A stretch of DNA of 64,000 nt, taken from contig OX597817.1 of the NCBI GenBank assembly GCA_951406725.2, forward strand, positions 119,474,001 to 119,538,000, read 5' to 3'. The first letter of the stretch is position 1; the number at the start of each line of letters is the position of its first letter. The translations under genes were made by a program, and so were the position numbers. This DNA comes from Octopus vulgaris. Its lineage: Eukaryota. Of the stretch, positions 11,544 to 25,628 are shown one piece after another. The notes below the pieces were generated by a model. That model searched no databases. It worked only from the letters and a program-made list of their open reading frames with translations, and had not been told where the DNA came from.

Positions 11544-12957
11544 TAGTGAAAAGCATCTTAAAATATTTGTATTCACATGTGTGTGTATACAGACATTCAT
11601 ATATATATATATATATATATATGAACACACACAAGCACATACATATACTCATGTATCATCAAACATAACACACCAACAAAATTACTTCCAACTTTTAATT
11701 ATTTCCTATTGTTTAAATAGTTTATGAATTAAGGACAGTACTTGTCAATCTAGCCAGAATTTTAACTGTAATTTTTTATTCGGATTTCATTTTTATTAGT
11801 TACTATAATAAATAAGATAATTAAAATATCAAGTTATATTATTTAGCTAATGTGAAATTTTTCTACATTTGTAGTGCTATTAGTCAGGAATTCAAATTTA
11901 TTACATTTTATTCCAAATAAAATATTGTTAAATATTTTATTCATATTTCTTTGTTTTATATCAGCTTATGAGTAGAAATGAGAGTCTGGTTAATCTATAT
12001 TATCTTCACAATACAGGTGGAAATATATTTTTTTATATATAGAATAGTTGTACTATTTTCAACAACTAATCCATATTTGAATCAAATTATCTCAAGAAGT
12101 ATCATTCATTCAAATACAATTTAGTTGGATATTATTTATGTTTAACAGTGGAATTTCTCCATGTCATTTCACATATATTTCAAAGCAGTAATATGTAAAT
12201 TCACTCTTATCAAAATGAAATATGCTTCACGTGTGTAGGTGGCTGCATGCTTTTATAGCAAACACTCATACACAACATACTAACATACACACTAACATAG
12301 AAATCGGTGCTGCTTTCTTGTAATATTTGCATTCTTTTCCTTCAACATCAACAATTTCCCTGTTTCAGTAACATTATGGATAGCATCAGATTCTATTCAT
12401 GAACACATAACCACCTGCGAATTTAATTTGTAAGTAAGCCTGAAATATTAAATACTAAAATTCTATTTCCCAAGTAAATGTTGCAGCTAAAACTCCCTGG
12501 AATATTAACAAATTGATTAATTCAGACAGTGCAATTTATATAGCCAAGGAAAAATCACAGTTTTCCTTTTCTTTCTTTTTGCTTTTTTTCAATCTTCTGA
12601 GATGGTCACATGTGAGAGACATTATTGGAAGAGAAAATAAAAATGTTAGAAATGTGTTCTGAATATTTTATACTATAGCCTATACAACAGTATATATAAA
12701 ATGGAAGTAAACATTTGCTTAAACTCTTATCACATATAAAAATTCAAATGCTATTGCCAGAAGAAAATTCTATTTAGAGAAAATGCAACTGAAACAGTTT
12801 TACTTTTTTTCCACTTTTAATTTCTATCTTACTACAAATTCAACATAAAGGTAAGGTCAATTCATTCATCCCATAAAGGTGTCACAGTGGAAGGAATAAT
12901 ATAACAAGCTATTTTGAGGTGAATTCACATTACTACAATGATTTGCAAAGTAAATGG

Positions 12958-13149
12958 CAACGATGATGACGACGACGATGAAGATAAAGATGATGATGAC
13001 GACGACGATGATAAAGATGATGATGACGACGACGACGACGATGATAAAGATGATGATGACAATGACGATGATAAAGATGATGATGACAACGATGATGATA
13101 AAGATGATGGTGACGACGATGATGATGGTGATGATGATGATGATGACAA
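12958..13149. repeat. (GAT/GAC)n trinucleotide array with a recurring GATAAA interruption
   Basis: Direct reading; gives spurious poly-D, poly-S and poly-M ORFs. Confidence 0.93.
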
Positions 13150-13339
13150 TAGGGTAGAACTAAAAATTAAATATTTAACTCTTTTGTGTTTTATTTTACT
13201 ACTGTTGAAATTCACAGTCTTTATTTGAATTGGGTTCTGAAAATAATTATAACAATAATAATAATAATAATAATAATAAAAATATTAAAATAACCTTGAG
13301 GGATTTGTTAATAATTTTCTCATTATTGAACTGATGGAA

Positions 13340-13550
13340 TGTGCAGTGGGTTAGTAAAAGAAATACTCCTGAGTTCTTTCTTCAGGTTCTTTACATTCTG
13401 AGCTCAATTCCCGACAAAGTTAACTTTGTTTTTAATACCTCTGGGATCATCAATGAAATATAGCAGCAGTCAAGTAAGGGGTAGGGTGATGTAGTTGTCC
13501 CCATCTTTGCTCCCCATCTTTGCTCCCCATCTTTGCTCAAAATTGTTGTA
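13340..13550 (+). mobile_element. Old degraded SINE family A copy with 13-bp tandem triplication
   Basis: ttacattctgagctcaattcc...aactttgtttttaatacctctgggatc; ccccatctttgct x3 at 13499-13537. Confidence 0.55.
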
Positions 13551-13695
13551 CATAAAACCCTATCAGACTGGGGGTTTGGAACATAATTAAGCATGAAATT
13601 TTGATGGACAATTTTAATTAACATCATTTTAAAACAGGGAGTTTTGTTTTTTTTATCATAGAGTCAAAGGGCAATATAGTTATATTGGAAGTTAT

Positions 13696-13696
<1 letters not shown>

Positions 13697-13744
<48 letters not shown>
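13697..13744. repeat. (GAT)n microsatellite
   Basis: Direct reading. Confidence 0.97.
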
Positions 13745-13745
<1 letters not shown>

Positions 13746-14746
13746 ACAGTGAAAACAGTAATTTTCTAAGTGATTAATTCTGGCAAAAATTAATAAATAA
13801 ATAAATAAAATAAAGGCAAGCAGAGACAACTCTGCAAGGCAAATAAAGAAAAATTAATGGACTATGAAAATTAATGGACAGTGAGTCTAATCTTCAAGAG
13901 TACAATGGACAACTCTGGGTACATTCCAGTTTTATTTGACCCCATCAGTGCAGGATAGCCTAACCATGGCTGATAGATCTTTGATTAGATTAAGTACATG
14001 AGGAATTGGCTCAAGAACAGAGTATGGTATCAGGATTTAAAAGGACAGAGAAATACACTCAAGGATGCATGTTACATGAAAAATTGCTTGTAAAATGAGT
14101 GCTAATACATTTGATATAAAAAAATACACACACACATATATACTAGTAAACAGGTGCATATTGTACCTTGACTTTTAATATATATTTCGACTATTTGGAT
14201 TATGTTTGCTGGCCATTTTATCATTTGTTTTTTAAAAGATAATAACTTATTTGAATTTCGAATTTATACTTGCTTGCTAATGTTCATTTAGAAGACACAG
14301 GGCCTTCACCTGAACAGATACACATGGAATGGTAAATATATTTTTAAAAAGAGCTTATGTAGTAAACCTAGCTGATGGAATTTAAGTGTCAATTTGGCGC
14401 TGAAAGCCAAATCAATTGATACTGAGATGTCTACTCTCCACTTAGTAGTTTTACAAAGGGGGACAACTGTGTCTTTAGTATATTTGCTACATTCTCCATG
14501 TATGTTTACATATAGTGAGATATGAGTGGCTTTGGAGAGTTTTAATTCTTTTTTTTTTTTTTCTCGCAAGCAGTTAGGTTTATGTACATGTATATAAAAC
14601 TAACTGATAGCTTGTTTGACTTAATGAGTAATCAAGCAATCAGCTGGATAATCAGCTAAGTGATTAACTATTGGAATAATAAAAATAAAGAAGTGAAATA
14701 GAATAAGCATGCATGCTTATCATTAGTATATATTAATACATGAGAT

Positions 14747-14798
<52 letters not shown>

Positions 14799-14801
<3 letters not shown>

Positions 14802-14952
14802 TTAGAAAAAACACACCTTTTATCAATTTAATAATGAAAAATTAAATCATACCATTTAGAAAAATTACATATTATAGAAAGATTAAATATAAGATAAAAC
14901 ATATAACAATGATTAAGTAATGAGCAAAATCGATAAAAGGTGTTTTTTTCTT
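14799..14952. mobile_element. Short TIR-bounded element in (TA)n (MITE-like)
   Basis: agaaaaaacacaccttttatcaattt (14804-14829) vs aaatcgataaaaggtgtttttttct (14927-14951); (TA)n on both sides. Confidence 0.65.
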
Positions 14953-15034
14953 ATATATATATATTATATTTTGTGAAATTTGATTTAGTATTTCTAAATT
15001 GAATTTTTCCCTATAAGTTTGGAATAATATTCCC

Positions 15035-15035
<1 letters not shown>

Positions 15036-15084
<49 letters not shown>

Positions 15085-15102
15085 CAGACACACACACACA
15101 CA
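15036..15102. repeat. (ATT)n followed by (CA)n
   Basis: Direct reading. Confidence 0.9.
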
Positions 15103-15788
15103 CTTTCACATAATTTGAATTATACCCTGGATGATGAGAACAATAATTTCCTAGATGATTAATTCTGGTGTAAAGAAAAGTAGTGAGGAAACAATTCCAA
15201 AATTTTAGTTAATAAAAATCAAATAGGAAATGCAGTAGGTTGAGTCTGGTTTTAGGCTGTACAGTGGTGACACCAGAGATATTTTAGTCTTAATGTACCT
15301 CTTGTGCAAATCATAGCATAACCATTACAGAAAATGATTGAACTCCTCACAAGGGTTATAATTTTGAGTAATTAAAATTTTCTGGCTTATTCTTCATAGA
15401 TGCTAGCATCAAGTTTTCTATTAAAGTTTCAAGCAGCAACTGTCCTTGGGTATTTTCCCATGGGGATTCTATTTAATTTATAGCCATATCCTAAATATGT
15501 TCTATAAGTCATTTATAAATACTTCTGTGTATTTCTTTAACCATTCACCATTAACATAAGAACAAGCTGCCTGTTAAATGTCTGCACCTTACTTAAGAAA
15601 AATTACTAGAAGATGAAGTCTCAAGAGAAGATTGCTACAATCCACTGGTACCAGTAGCTATTACTTATACTAACAGTAATACCAAGGAATAATTTAGGTT
15701 GAATGATTGAAAAGAATAGCTATATATCTGTGAATGTGTAAGCTTTTCTCTAAGGTTTCTGTGGGAGAGATATTTGCCTGCATATAGG

Positions 15789-15842
15789 TTGAATTGATGT
15801 TAATTATGTTAATATTTGAATTGATGTTAATTAAGTTAATAT
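15789..15842. repeat. 27-bp tandem duplication
   Basis: ttgaattgatgttaatta(t/a)gttaatat x2. Confidence 0.85.
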
Positions 15843-17179
15843 TAGCATTGATTATAGTTTTTTTCTTCTGAATTATCCAGAAGTTTCTATTAAGTCTTTT
15901 CTGAATCTATCAAGTGTAGGCTCATTAGAGAAGCATCTAATCATACTAACATATCTATGCAGGCCTAATTCAAAATGGGAACGATTTTATGAAGTGAATC
16001 TAATATATAAAGCCCTACTGATTTAGAAACTTCTGCTTCATGGTAATATACCTATCGTAATATACCTATAGTCACATCAGAAAACTTATCATTATTGCAT
16101 CAAACATGAAAGGAATTATCATGAAAAAGTGATGACTTTTGAGCATCCACTCTAACATTAATATTGATATAATAATTAATGTCAGAGAATGAACAACCAA
16201 ATACCAATGCTGTTAGATACAAAGGTTTTGTAATGGAGGGATGAACTTCAGCTCTGACAAACTGAATGAATTTGCAATTATCTTCTATGTTAATAAAGCA
16301 CTTGATTACTAACATGTTATTCCATAAATTTAAACTGGTGGCATGTCTAATTTTTCAATTAATGGAACCTCATATAAATCAACTAATGTAGCCTAATTCA
16401 CATATGTATAACAGTATGAAGATAAATAGATAAATATAACTATAATGTAGAAAAGGAGATTGATAAAAGGTTAAACAAATAATTATATGAACACACACAC
16501 GTGTATATATATATATATATATGTATATATATAATACTGGCCAAAACCTTTCTAAGTTATATATATGTATATGTATATACATATATATATATATACATAT
16601 ATGTATATATATATATATGTAGTTGTGTGTTAGTGTATCAATGGTCAGTGTACGTATGATAAACAGTGTATGTGGGTGTAAGTGTATATGCACAAGTAGA
16701 TGAAGTGGTACATGGACATAGGTAAATAATAGAGACATATGAATAAACAGCTAAAAAGAAACAGAAATAGAGAGACATGGATACTTACAGACCCCCACCC
16801 CAGATAAATAGACACAAATTTCCAAATATGCATGCACACACAAAATAAATATATCACAGTCCAATGACTGAAACTAGTAAAGATACACACACATCATCAT
16901 CATCATATCATCATCAAGGCATCAAAATGAAGTTGTGTCTACTTTATAAAGAATTTGTTAGAATGAGAGACCTTATCAGGATGATAATACTAGACAAGTA
17001 GCTGAATTATTGCAAGAAATAATAATAAAGAAAAAAAGTATTCTGCTTTCCATTACACATCAGAAATTTTAAGCTATTCTTGCAAGATTACTGCCAAGTT
17101 GGACATAGAAGGAAGGGCTACTATATACAAAGTGACAAAGCACAAATCTAAACTGTAATGGAATAATCCTTTATCATAG

Positions 17180-17545
17180 CTGAATGGTTGGCTGCATAGT
17201 AAGAAGTTTACTTCTAAAACACATAATTCTGGGTCCAATCCCACTGAGTGGCACGTTGGGCAAGTGTCTTCTACTGTAGACCTGGGCTAATCGAAACATT
17301 GTGAGTGGATCTGATAGACAGAAACTGAAAAAAACCTGTCGTGTGTGTCTTTGTTTCCCAACCACTGCCTGATAACTGGTGTTTGATTACATCCTACAAC
17401 TTGACACTTTGGCAAAAGATACCAATAAAATAAGCACCAGACTTCAAAAAGTAAGTACTTTGGTTGATTTGTTTGACTAAACCCAGAAAGGTGTGCTCCT
17501 ACATGGCCACAGTCCACTGACTGAAACAAGCAAAACATAAAATAA
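17180..17545 (+). mobile_element. SINE family B
   Basis: gggtccaatcccactgagtggcacgttgggcaagtgtcttctac ... catggccacagtccactgactgaaacaag. Confidence 0.85.
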
Positions 17546-17807
17546 ACTGGCTGCAGTCTCATAGAAAATTCTCAGGAGCACTGCAACTAATGATAATGAA
17601 ACCTCAAAAACGCTTACCAGGAACAGCTTACCATGGGAGAAAAGATTACTACAGTGAAGAACATTTGTTACCATGTTTATTTACTTTTGTCAGGTATATT
17701 TTTCTAAGACTAATTAAGAATACCTTTGATTAAAGTTCTTAACAGTTACTTCCTGTTTTGATACAACTGGCATTGCATTGTTTGTTATTGTTTGTTAATG
17801 TTGTTGT

Positions 17808-18265
17808 TATTGTTGTTGATTAACCATTGGTTAATTCTGACTGAACAGAAGATGACCAATGTCATTCCAGCGTTGACTTTGTTTTCTCTTTATTGTTTGT
17901 TTTTCCAACTCATTCTTCTCTTGAGCACTGAAGTCACTAGGATTACATTTACAAATGAGTCCCTACTGTAACAAAACAGTAAGGTATAATCTGAGTAAAT
18001 TTGGTTCCTATTTCTAGCAGGTTAAGCATTTGCATGGAGACTCTCTCCCTGACTCATCATGGTTTTTATTGTTGTTGATCCTGAGGCCAACCAGCTCAGT
18101 CAAACTTCATGATCAAAGAAGTCCAGTTGTGAGATCACTTCACTTCTTATCACAGACTACTACACTTCCCAATTTCTCCTATTTTCCCTAAGATGGCAAG
18201 GTGGGTTTTCAGGGAGGTTTGGTGGCTATTTCAAGTGATTATATGTAAAAATTTCCTGCACTGAT
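17808..18265 (+). repeat. Two tandem old copies of interspersed repeat family E
   Basis: Each unit runs from gttgttgat to aagg...tttgg..ctattt(c). Related copies lie at 52905-53110 and 61315-61500 (minus). Confidence 0.55.
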
Positions 18266-20018
18266 TAATTTCATGAAGTTTAAAATTTAGGTCACATATA
18301 TATCAGTTTCATGATGATTGATTTACACAGATAATTAAAACAATTCATTGAAAATAAACAGACTTCACAATGAAAAAACATTAGAGAAAGAAAAACAGCA
18401 ATTATAACTATTCACATCATTTTTTGCACTTTTAAGATATGCCCTTACATGTTTTCTTGCTTGCTTTGTGTCAAACGTTTGTCTCAGGGAGATGTTCTCC
18501 AATGACAAAACACACCAGCAATTAGCATATTCATGTTCAAATCCGATGAAATATACTGAGATTAATATGCCAATTATCATTTTGATTCTCACTTTTCACT
18601 GTGTATATGTTGACTTACTGTGAAGTATAGTATTTTGAGATATGTAGCTCTCAAAAGATGTTGCATTATGATTTCACAACTAGCTAGACATTTACAATAA
18701 ATGTTTGTTACTAGTTTGAGTGAATTTGGAGAAAGTGAGAGGGCTTAAAATCAGACAAATAATTAAACTTGTGAGTTAATGAATAATATCTATGAATCAC
18801 TGGAAATGTAGCTTCAACAAAAATGAACAGAAAATTTCAACATTTGACATTGAATCATATATTTGAGAAGTTCCATTATTTTCCATGAATTATCATTTTG
18901 ATAAAGGACTTGCACCTGTCATGGTTTTTCATTAAGACTTAGCACATCGTATGAAACATTTCTCTTCATAAAATCACCAATTTAATAACTATCGAATAAC
19001 TTTCAGGGAGTGACAGATGCACTAAACAGAACAATATATGTATGTATGCATGTATGTATGTATGTACGTACATACATACATACATACATACACGCACATC
19101 CAAACACTTAGTAATTCAGAAGCACAAATGATGAATGGTCAATGTTCAAGAGTTCTAGCAATACTATAATAAATTATGGCTCAAATATTGAAAAGCATTG
19201 CCAAAATTTTAATTTACCAACAAAACGACAGATTCGAGAAAAAGTACAAAATTCCAGTGACACTGATAAATAATCCAAATAGCTATATCTATCTACTTAT
19301 CTATCTATCTATATCTATACACACAGAAACACACATATAGTACAGACACAGTATTTCAAACTAGAAATTAAGGAAAACAGAAATTTCCATTTATTGTCTA
19401 GATGAAATAGGTTTTTTACTCAAATATAGGTTACAGTATTTCAGCCAAGTTACCTTCAAATACTAAAACTATTTTGCGACGGTATATCAAAACCCATTTA
19501 AAAAGTCATATAACTTCTATCTAGATAACAATGATAGTTCCAGTAATGACAACAATAAACTTGTAAATTCTCAGAAAGCTTTTAGGCCATGGATAAAGTT
19601 ATCTAATCATTAAAAACATTACTTATGAGTATATCAGCAAACAAAGCCGAGAGTTTTACAAAGAGTTGATTGCAATGTTAATAGTTTTGTGATTCAAATT
19701 ATTGTTCGACTATGAATAACAGTAGAATTGTCAAAACTTATACCAGGAAGACAAATTATAAGCTTAGGTACAGCTACTTTTATAAGTGGAGCATAACAAT
19801 CAAAGTAGTTATTTTACATGTGTGATTATGAGTTAGTTTAAGTGAAGATAAAAATTTCAGAGTAGGTTTGGATCCAATATCGATATTTGTTTGAAACAAG
19901 GGTGAAATAAAAAAAAAACAACAATTCACTGGTCCTATGTAAAGTATGATAGAATTTTCATTTCTAAAGCAAATAATATGACTCTGTGTGTGTGCATGTT
20001 GTTTCAACTATATATGTA

Positions 20019-20061
<43 letters not shown>

Positions 20062-20119
20062 CTGCATTTGAAAATAAATTAGCATCTTATTCATATACCT
20101 ATATATCATCATCATCATC

Positions 20120-20155
<36 letters not shown>

Positions 20156-20859
20156 AACCTTACAAAAACTTGAAAGCTTCTGGGCCAGATAATACCCTAG
20201 CAAAGATCTTGAATGAGGATAGTAAACTGATGATTGCCCTGGTAGGTCATTCTTAAAAATCATTTCAGAGGTAATTAAATAATAGGCTTCATATTTAATG
20301 CCCAGAAAACTGAAGTTATTTGTCAATGGCACACAACACTGCCTTCTCTATTCCACACTTCTCAGTGCAATACCAATGATTAAGCACACTTCAGAACTCA
20401 AATACTGAAGCAGAATAATTTCCAACAAATGCACACTCTCCTAGGAGATTATAAAACATTTTAGCTACCAACTGTAACCATTAGACGGTTCAAGAAGAGG
20501 GTTTTTCCTTTTTAAATAACCATCTTTGCATTCTCACCAGACAGGCTGTATTTCCATCCTCCTATATGGGTATGAGACATAGACCAGATATAGTATACAT
20601 TAAGACACTCAAAAGCTTTTTAGCATCAGTCTCTTGGTGACAATAAGTTACACACCTGGAAATCCTCCATAAAACATACAACAGTTCAGATATATATTAA
20701 GAGGGTCTGGACAATTACTGTGCCTGTCTGACCCATGTTTCCCTGTAGGATTTACTGCAGCTAAACTATGGTCATGATACAGTCTTCTAAGAATCCATAA
20801 GTGAAATAACATGGTCATTATCAAATTTAACAGAAAATCCTAAACAATGGAAGCAGGCA

Positions 20860-20898
<39 letters not shown>

Positions 20899-21019
20899 GG
20901 TGGTTGTCTACTCCTTATGCAGAGTCTGACCACCTCCCGTACCTACACTCTAGATCCATCATGGTGTCTGATGTGGCTTTTTAAACCAGACAATGTATTG
21001 AAAAGACACCCACGATATA

Positions 21020-21073
<54 letters not shown>

Positions 21074-21112
21074 TATATATGCGCATAAACATGTATATGA
21101 ATATGTGTGTGC

Positions 21113-21148
<36 letters not shown>

Positions 21149-24100
21149 ATACTTATATCTGTGCATACATGCACATTTATTCACAAATACATACATATGA
21201 ACATTCACACAGACACACAAAATAAAACATGTGCTCGCAATGCTTTGAGCAAATCATTGAAAATCGGAAATTCAGGAAGTTTGACCAATTTTCAATACAT
21301 GTAATAAGTGTAAGTTCCAACAGTGAAGCACAATCTAAACGCATACTTATAACAGAAACTTAATGGGAGAGTCTTTAATATGTTCAGATTAAATTATAGC
21401 TTGTTGCAGAGAGAAAATCAATATAATCTGACGTAAATTGAAATTCATTCTTCTGATTAGAGACAATGTTTTAATCAGAAAAGTTAATGGATATATATAT
21501 ATATATGTATACACATATACACATATGCATACATACTTATATATGTGTATATATATATATGAAAAGAATAAAATAAAAAAGAGAAGGTGGGTAAACAGAG
21601 AAATATAGAAATATGAGGAAAAAGACAGAGTGAACACAAGAGAGAGAAAGGAAAGACTACGAGAAAGAAAAAGGAAAAAGAGAAATTATAATAATGTTAG
21701 AAAATTGAGATGGAGCATGAAAGGGAGGGACAATGAAAATGAAAAATAAATATATAAATTTTGTTTTTTTTTGTTTCTTTATTATGTGAGAAAAAGGAAA
21801 AAGAAACAAAAGCGAAAATACAAAGAAGTTATTTTGAAGTGCTACAATATATTTACAATTCACTGCAATGGATCGACAATTCATGTCGAAAGTTATTCTT
21901 TGTTATTTTCTCTATGTTCTCAATATCTTTAATCTTTTGATAACTGGTATTTCTTTTTTTTTTTCAATTTTTTTTATTTTATTTGTATGTGTGTGTGTAG
22001 TATTCTTTAAACGTCTCAGATTTAATAAATAAGTGAATAAAAAAAAATAAACTAATAAATGATATACTGAAAAGAACAAATACTATTTTTCAATGATTAC
22101 TATTCGATGTATCTAAATACTTCAGGAGTAGAAAATATTTACATAACTTACCAAATATGTTACTCTCATGTTAGTTTTGAAACTACTTTGGTGAAATAAC
22201 AATATTTTACAATTTTGTTTTTATTTTGTGCTTGTATGATCGTTTCTCTTGCTTCACTTTTTTGATCTCTTCCTCCATGCACATACACACACACACAACA
22301 AACAGATAGGTAAACAGAAAGCATGGTACTTATTTTCAATTAGGATGACTGAAGAAAGTGAAATGATGTAGTTGGCCTAAGGTTAAAATGTGATGCTTGT
22401 TCTAATGTTTGAAGTCATGACTTTTGGTTTGTCAGTTCAACACCTTATCTACTCAGTTTGCATGTCTCCTGGCTTTCCTTGTCTTTCACTCTCCTTCTTC
22501 AGCATATATATACATATATATATACACACACATATATATATACATACATACATATATGTAATTATTATATGTAGTGCTTACATCAACACACTCAAACATA
22601 ATTATATACACACATGCACACTCATGCATACATCTACACCATAAAGATACATAATTTCTTAATGTAAGAGTTCATAAACATTTATTGTATAAATAATATC
22701 AGTAGATAGATCAATAGCTTTTAACATTTCAACATTCTCCCCTATCATCCCATTGATTTTTCTGACTAGCTCTAGTAAAGCATTCAGCTGTAAAACCACT
22801 GTTCCAGTCTTACATGCTCTAGTACACATAGTCTTACTGCACCTCTTACGTTTTCAAAACTCCCCAATCATACTTGAATACTTTGAAGCATTTTGGCACA
22901 TTACCAAATTTTCTTAGACATACTCTGTCTAAATTTTAGAAGAATAAGCCTTCATAAAAAAAAATACAAAAAACAAAAAAAACATGATGGTGTTAATGGT
23001 AGTTGTGATGGTAATGGTGGAATTGAAACTGGAGATTATGTTGATGACGGAGGTGACAGTGTTTGTGACAGAGAAATTTGCGATAGCAAATGTATTACAA
23101 TGAAACACATTAACTATTTCTATGATATGATAGTGATGGTGACAACAACGGTCATGTTGGTGATGATGATGACGATGACACCATCTATTATGATAGTGCT
23201 GAAGGCAGAATAAAAAAAAGAGAAGATATACTTAATATCAATTTCTAAAGGCAGTTAACACAAAGACAACATATAATGTTTCTGACTCGCAACGCCAATC
23301 CATTAGCTGTCAGTTATCCTTCTTTAGTTTGACTGATTCTAAATAAAAGTGACCAGATAACAAAGTAAGCTAAGAAATTCAACCTCCTGTAAACTGTAAT
23401 GGCTTTTGTAAGTGATTCATTGTTGAAAAAGAGTAATTTTAATCAATCAGTTATTAGACATATGCTACCCTAGCATAATATAGTGCCACTGGGAGCGATA
23501 ACAAATTATTGTGGGTGAGAAAAATGTAAAATGTCTCCATTTATCTTTGCTGAGAAAAACCAAATATTAAATAAAACCATTTTAGTACAATTCATTTTTG
23601 AGAAGAGACATTTCATTCTTGTAAACATTGATTAATTATGATGGCTATTAACAAGTCACTGATTATACAATTAATGAATAAAACGATAAGCTTCTACTAT
23701 TAGAGATATGGCCTTGTCATTTCTATACCATTACCCTGATACTTAGAATCTATTAATTAAATAATGTAGCAAGCAAAAGGAGGAGAACTATTTCACTAAA
23801 TATGTTGAGATTTCAAGCTAGCTTGTATAAGAAAATGAAAATGAAAAAAAAAAGATGGTTGTTTACAGGTAGTAAAACCTATCAGATTATTAACCTCCAA
23901 TTTTCTGTTGGTAATTAGATTATTACAAGGTTAACTCTGCAGATATACGCATCTGATGAGATGATTCAATTCAGGAATTGCTTTTTATTATTGACCAAAT
24001 TAAATTTATTTAACCTGCTGATGTTCTTCAGAAATTGATAAGAATTACCCATTCTCATTCCCCTATTATAAATTTATTCTTAAATTTAAAAAAATGTTAA

Positions 24101-24436
24101 CTACAATAAATATTTATTCAAGTCAATATATATATTCATATATGTTTGTACATACATATATACATATACAAATACAAATAGAAGCAGCTCATATGACGAG
24201 ACCATTTTATCAGCTATTCTCACAGTTAAAGGGGATCTTTAACTGTGAAACTTACTAGGTCAATACACTAGTGAATATACCTTGAAAAAACACCTTGCAT
24301 TTTCTCTATAAATCTGTAGAACTATGCTCACTGGATTCTGGCAAAACCTCTAAACTGCCAACTTATGCCAACATGGGACGTGGACATGATAATGATTATG
24401 ATATGCATGCAACCTGTATTCACATACATATATATA

Positions 24437-25628
24437 TCAAGTCATCTCATAAATAATGTGTTTTTTTTATACATCTTTAATTTTTCACAATTAAGATAAA
24501 GTTATTTTTTAATCTAAAATGTACTCTCCTTCATTTTCTATAATGTTGTTCTATCTATCTAGATTTGCAAGGCCCCTCTTCCAAAGTTCCCTTGTCCATG
24601 ATGGAATATACCCCTCCAGTTTTGTTCTAGCCTTGTTCTGTCCAAATAATTTTCAAGACTGCAGAATAAATGACAATCAGATGGGTCAATATCCAGTGAA
24701 TATGGTGGGTGAGGCATCGTTTTCCATTCAAACTGCTCCAGACTTTGAAATGTCATTCTTGCTGTATGTGGCTGATGGAAGAACACCTTTTGTCTTGAAA
24801 CCAAAGATGGTCATTTTTCTTTGAGTGCCACTCAAGCTGTTCACAGAAGATCTTTATTATCATTTGGTTTTGGTTTAAAAGTTCCAAGTAGCAACACCTT
24901 ACGTGAGTGACAACCTTCCTAAGCCTGGGGTGCCAGTGTTTCTCCTTTCCCTACCCACTGTTTTCGGCACTTGACATTTTTATAGAGAACCTATTTCTCA
25001 TCACCAGTCACTATTTGGTCCAAAAAAGGTTCATTCATGGGACGTGACATCCAAGAAGAGCACACATTCACTCTCTGCATGCAATTAGATTTAGAAAGTT
25101 TGTGAGGAACCCACTGACCCAATTTTCTGACTTTTCCAATGGCACACAGGTGTTGATGAATAGTTGAATGACCAAATTCAAGCTTCTCTTCTAGTTTCTC
25201 AACAGTTACTATGATATTTTATACCATCAGGGTTTGCAGAATGTCCTCGTTGAGCTCTACAGATCTTCCCCAATGAGGCCTATCTTCTAGGCTGTAGTTT
25301 CTGGCTTGGAATTTCTGGAACCACCATTGACACTGGCTTACACTTTTTGTCTAATCCCCATATATTGCATTAATATTCCTTGCACTGTTGCCTTTATTGA
25401 ACTCATAAAGCAAAATATGCTGAATATGCTCCTTTGTCACTTCCCTTATAGCTTTAAAAAATAACTGTTAAAATCGAACTAAAGTTTTCAAAACTTGCAC
25501 TAGGAACAAGTTCAAGAAAAAATTACTACATGCTTTTACAGCAAGTTGATGCAGGTATTTCATCCCATCCCCCTCCAACTTTTAATTCATGCAATTGAAA
25601 AAACTGCATTATTTATGGTATGACCCAA
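24437..25628 (-). mobile_element. Tc1/mariner (mariner, DD34D-type) DNA transposon, near full length, defective
   Basis: Imperfect TIRs tcaagtcatctcataaataatgtgttttt and aaaaactgcattatttatggtatgacccaa, with TA on both sides; ~1.19 kb. Confidence 0.93.
24509..25446 (-). pseudogene. Mariner transposase pseudogene
   Basis: Motifs QWVPHKLS, PFLDQIVTGDEK, HQPHTARMT...PHPPYSLDIDPSDCHLFCSLENYL (YSPDLAPSD-like) and terminal EGEYILD*. Start codon mutated; stops and deletions present. Confidence 0.9.

Noticed and set aside
12925-13228. Poly-Asp / poly-Ser ORFs suggesting an acidic protein
   Set aside because: Open in several frames on both strands because of the trinucleotide repeat; the flanks are not protein-like.
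12369-14331. Candidate plus-strand micro-exons 12369-12429 (TLWIASDSIHEHITTCEFN) and 14292-14331 (EDTGPSPEQIHME) with AG/GT borders
   Set aside because: Their phases do not join and the peptides are not recognisable. Such borders arise by chance, so RNA-seq would be needed.
17576-17692. AG...GT-bounded open segment (ALQLMIMKPQKRLPGTAYHGRKDYY...)
   Set aside because: Weak acceptor and no recognisable homology.
19043-19092. 50-bp palindrome (TATG)n-(CATA)n
   Set aside because: A simple microsatellite strand turnaround; similar junctions occur elsewhere in the window.
22893-23213. 106-aa ORF with a G/D-rich segment
   Set aside because: A decayed (GAT/GGT)n low-complexity tract with no homology evidence.
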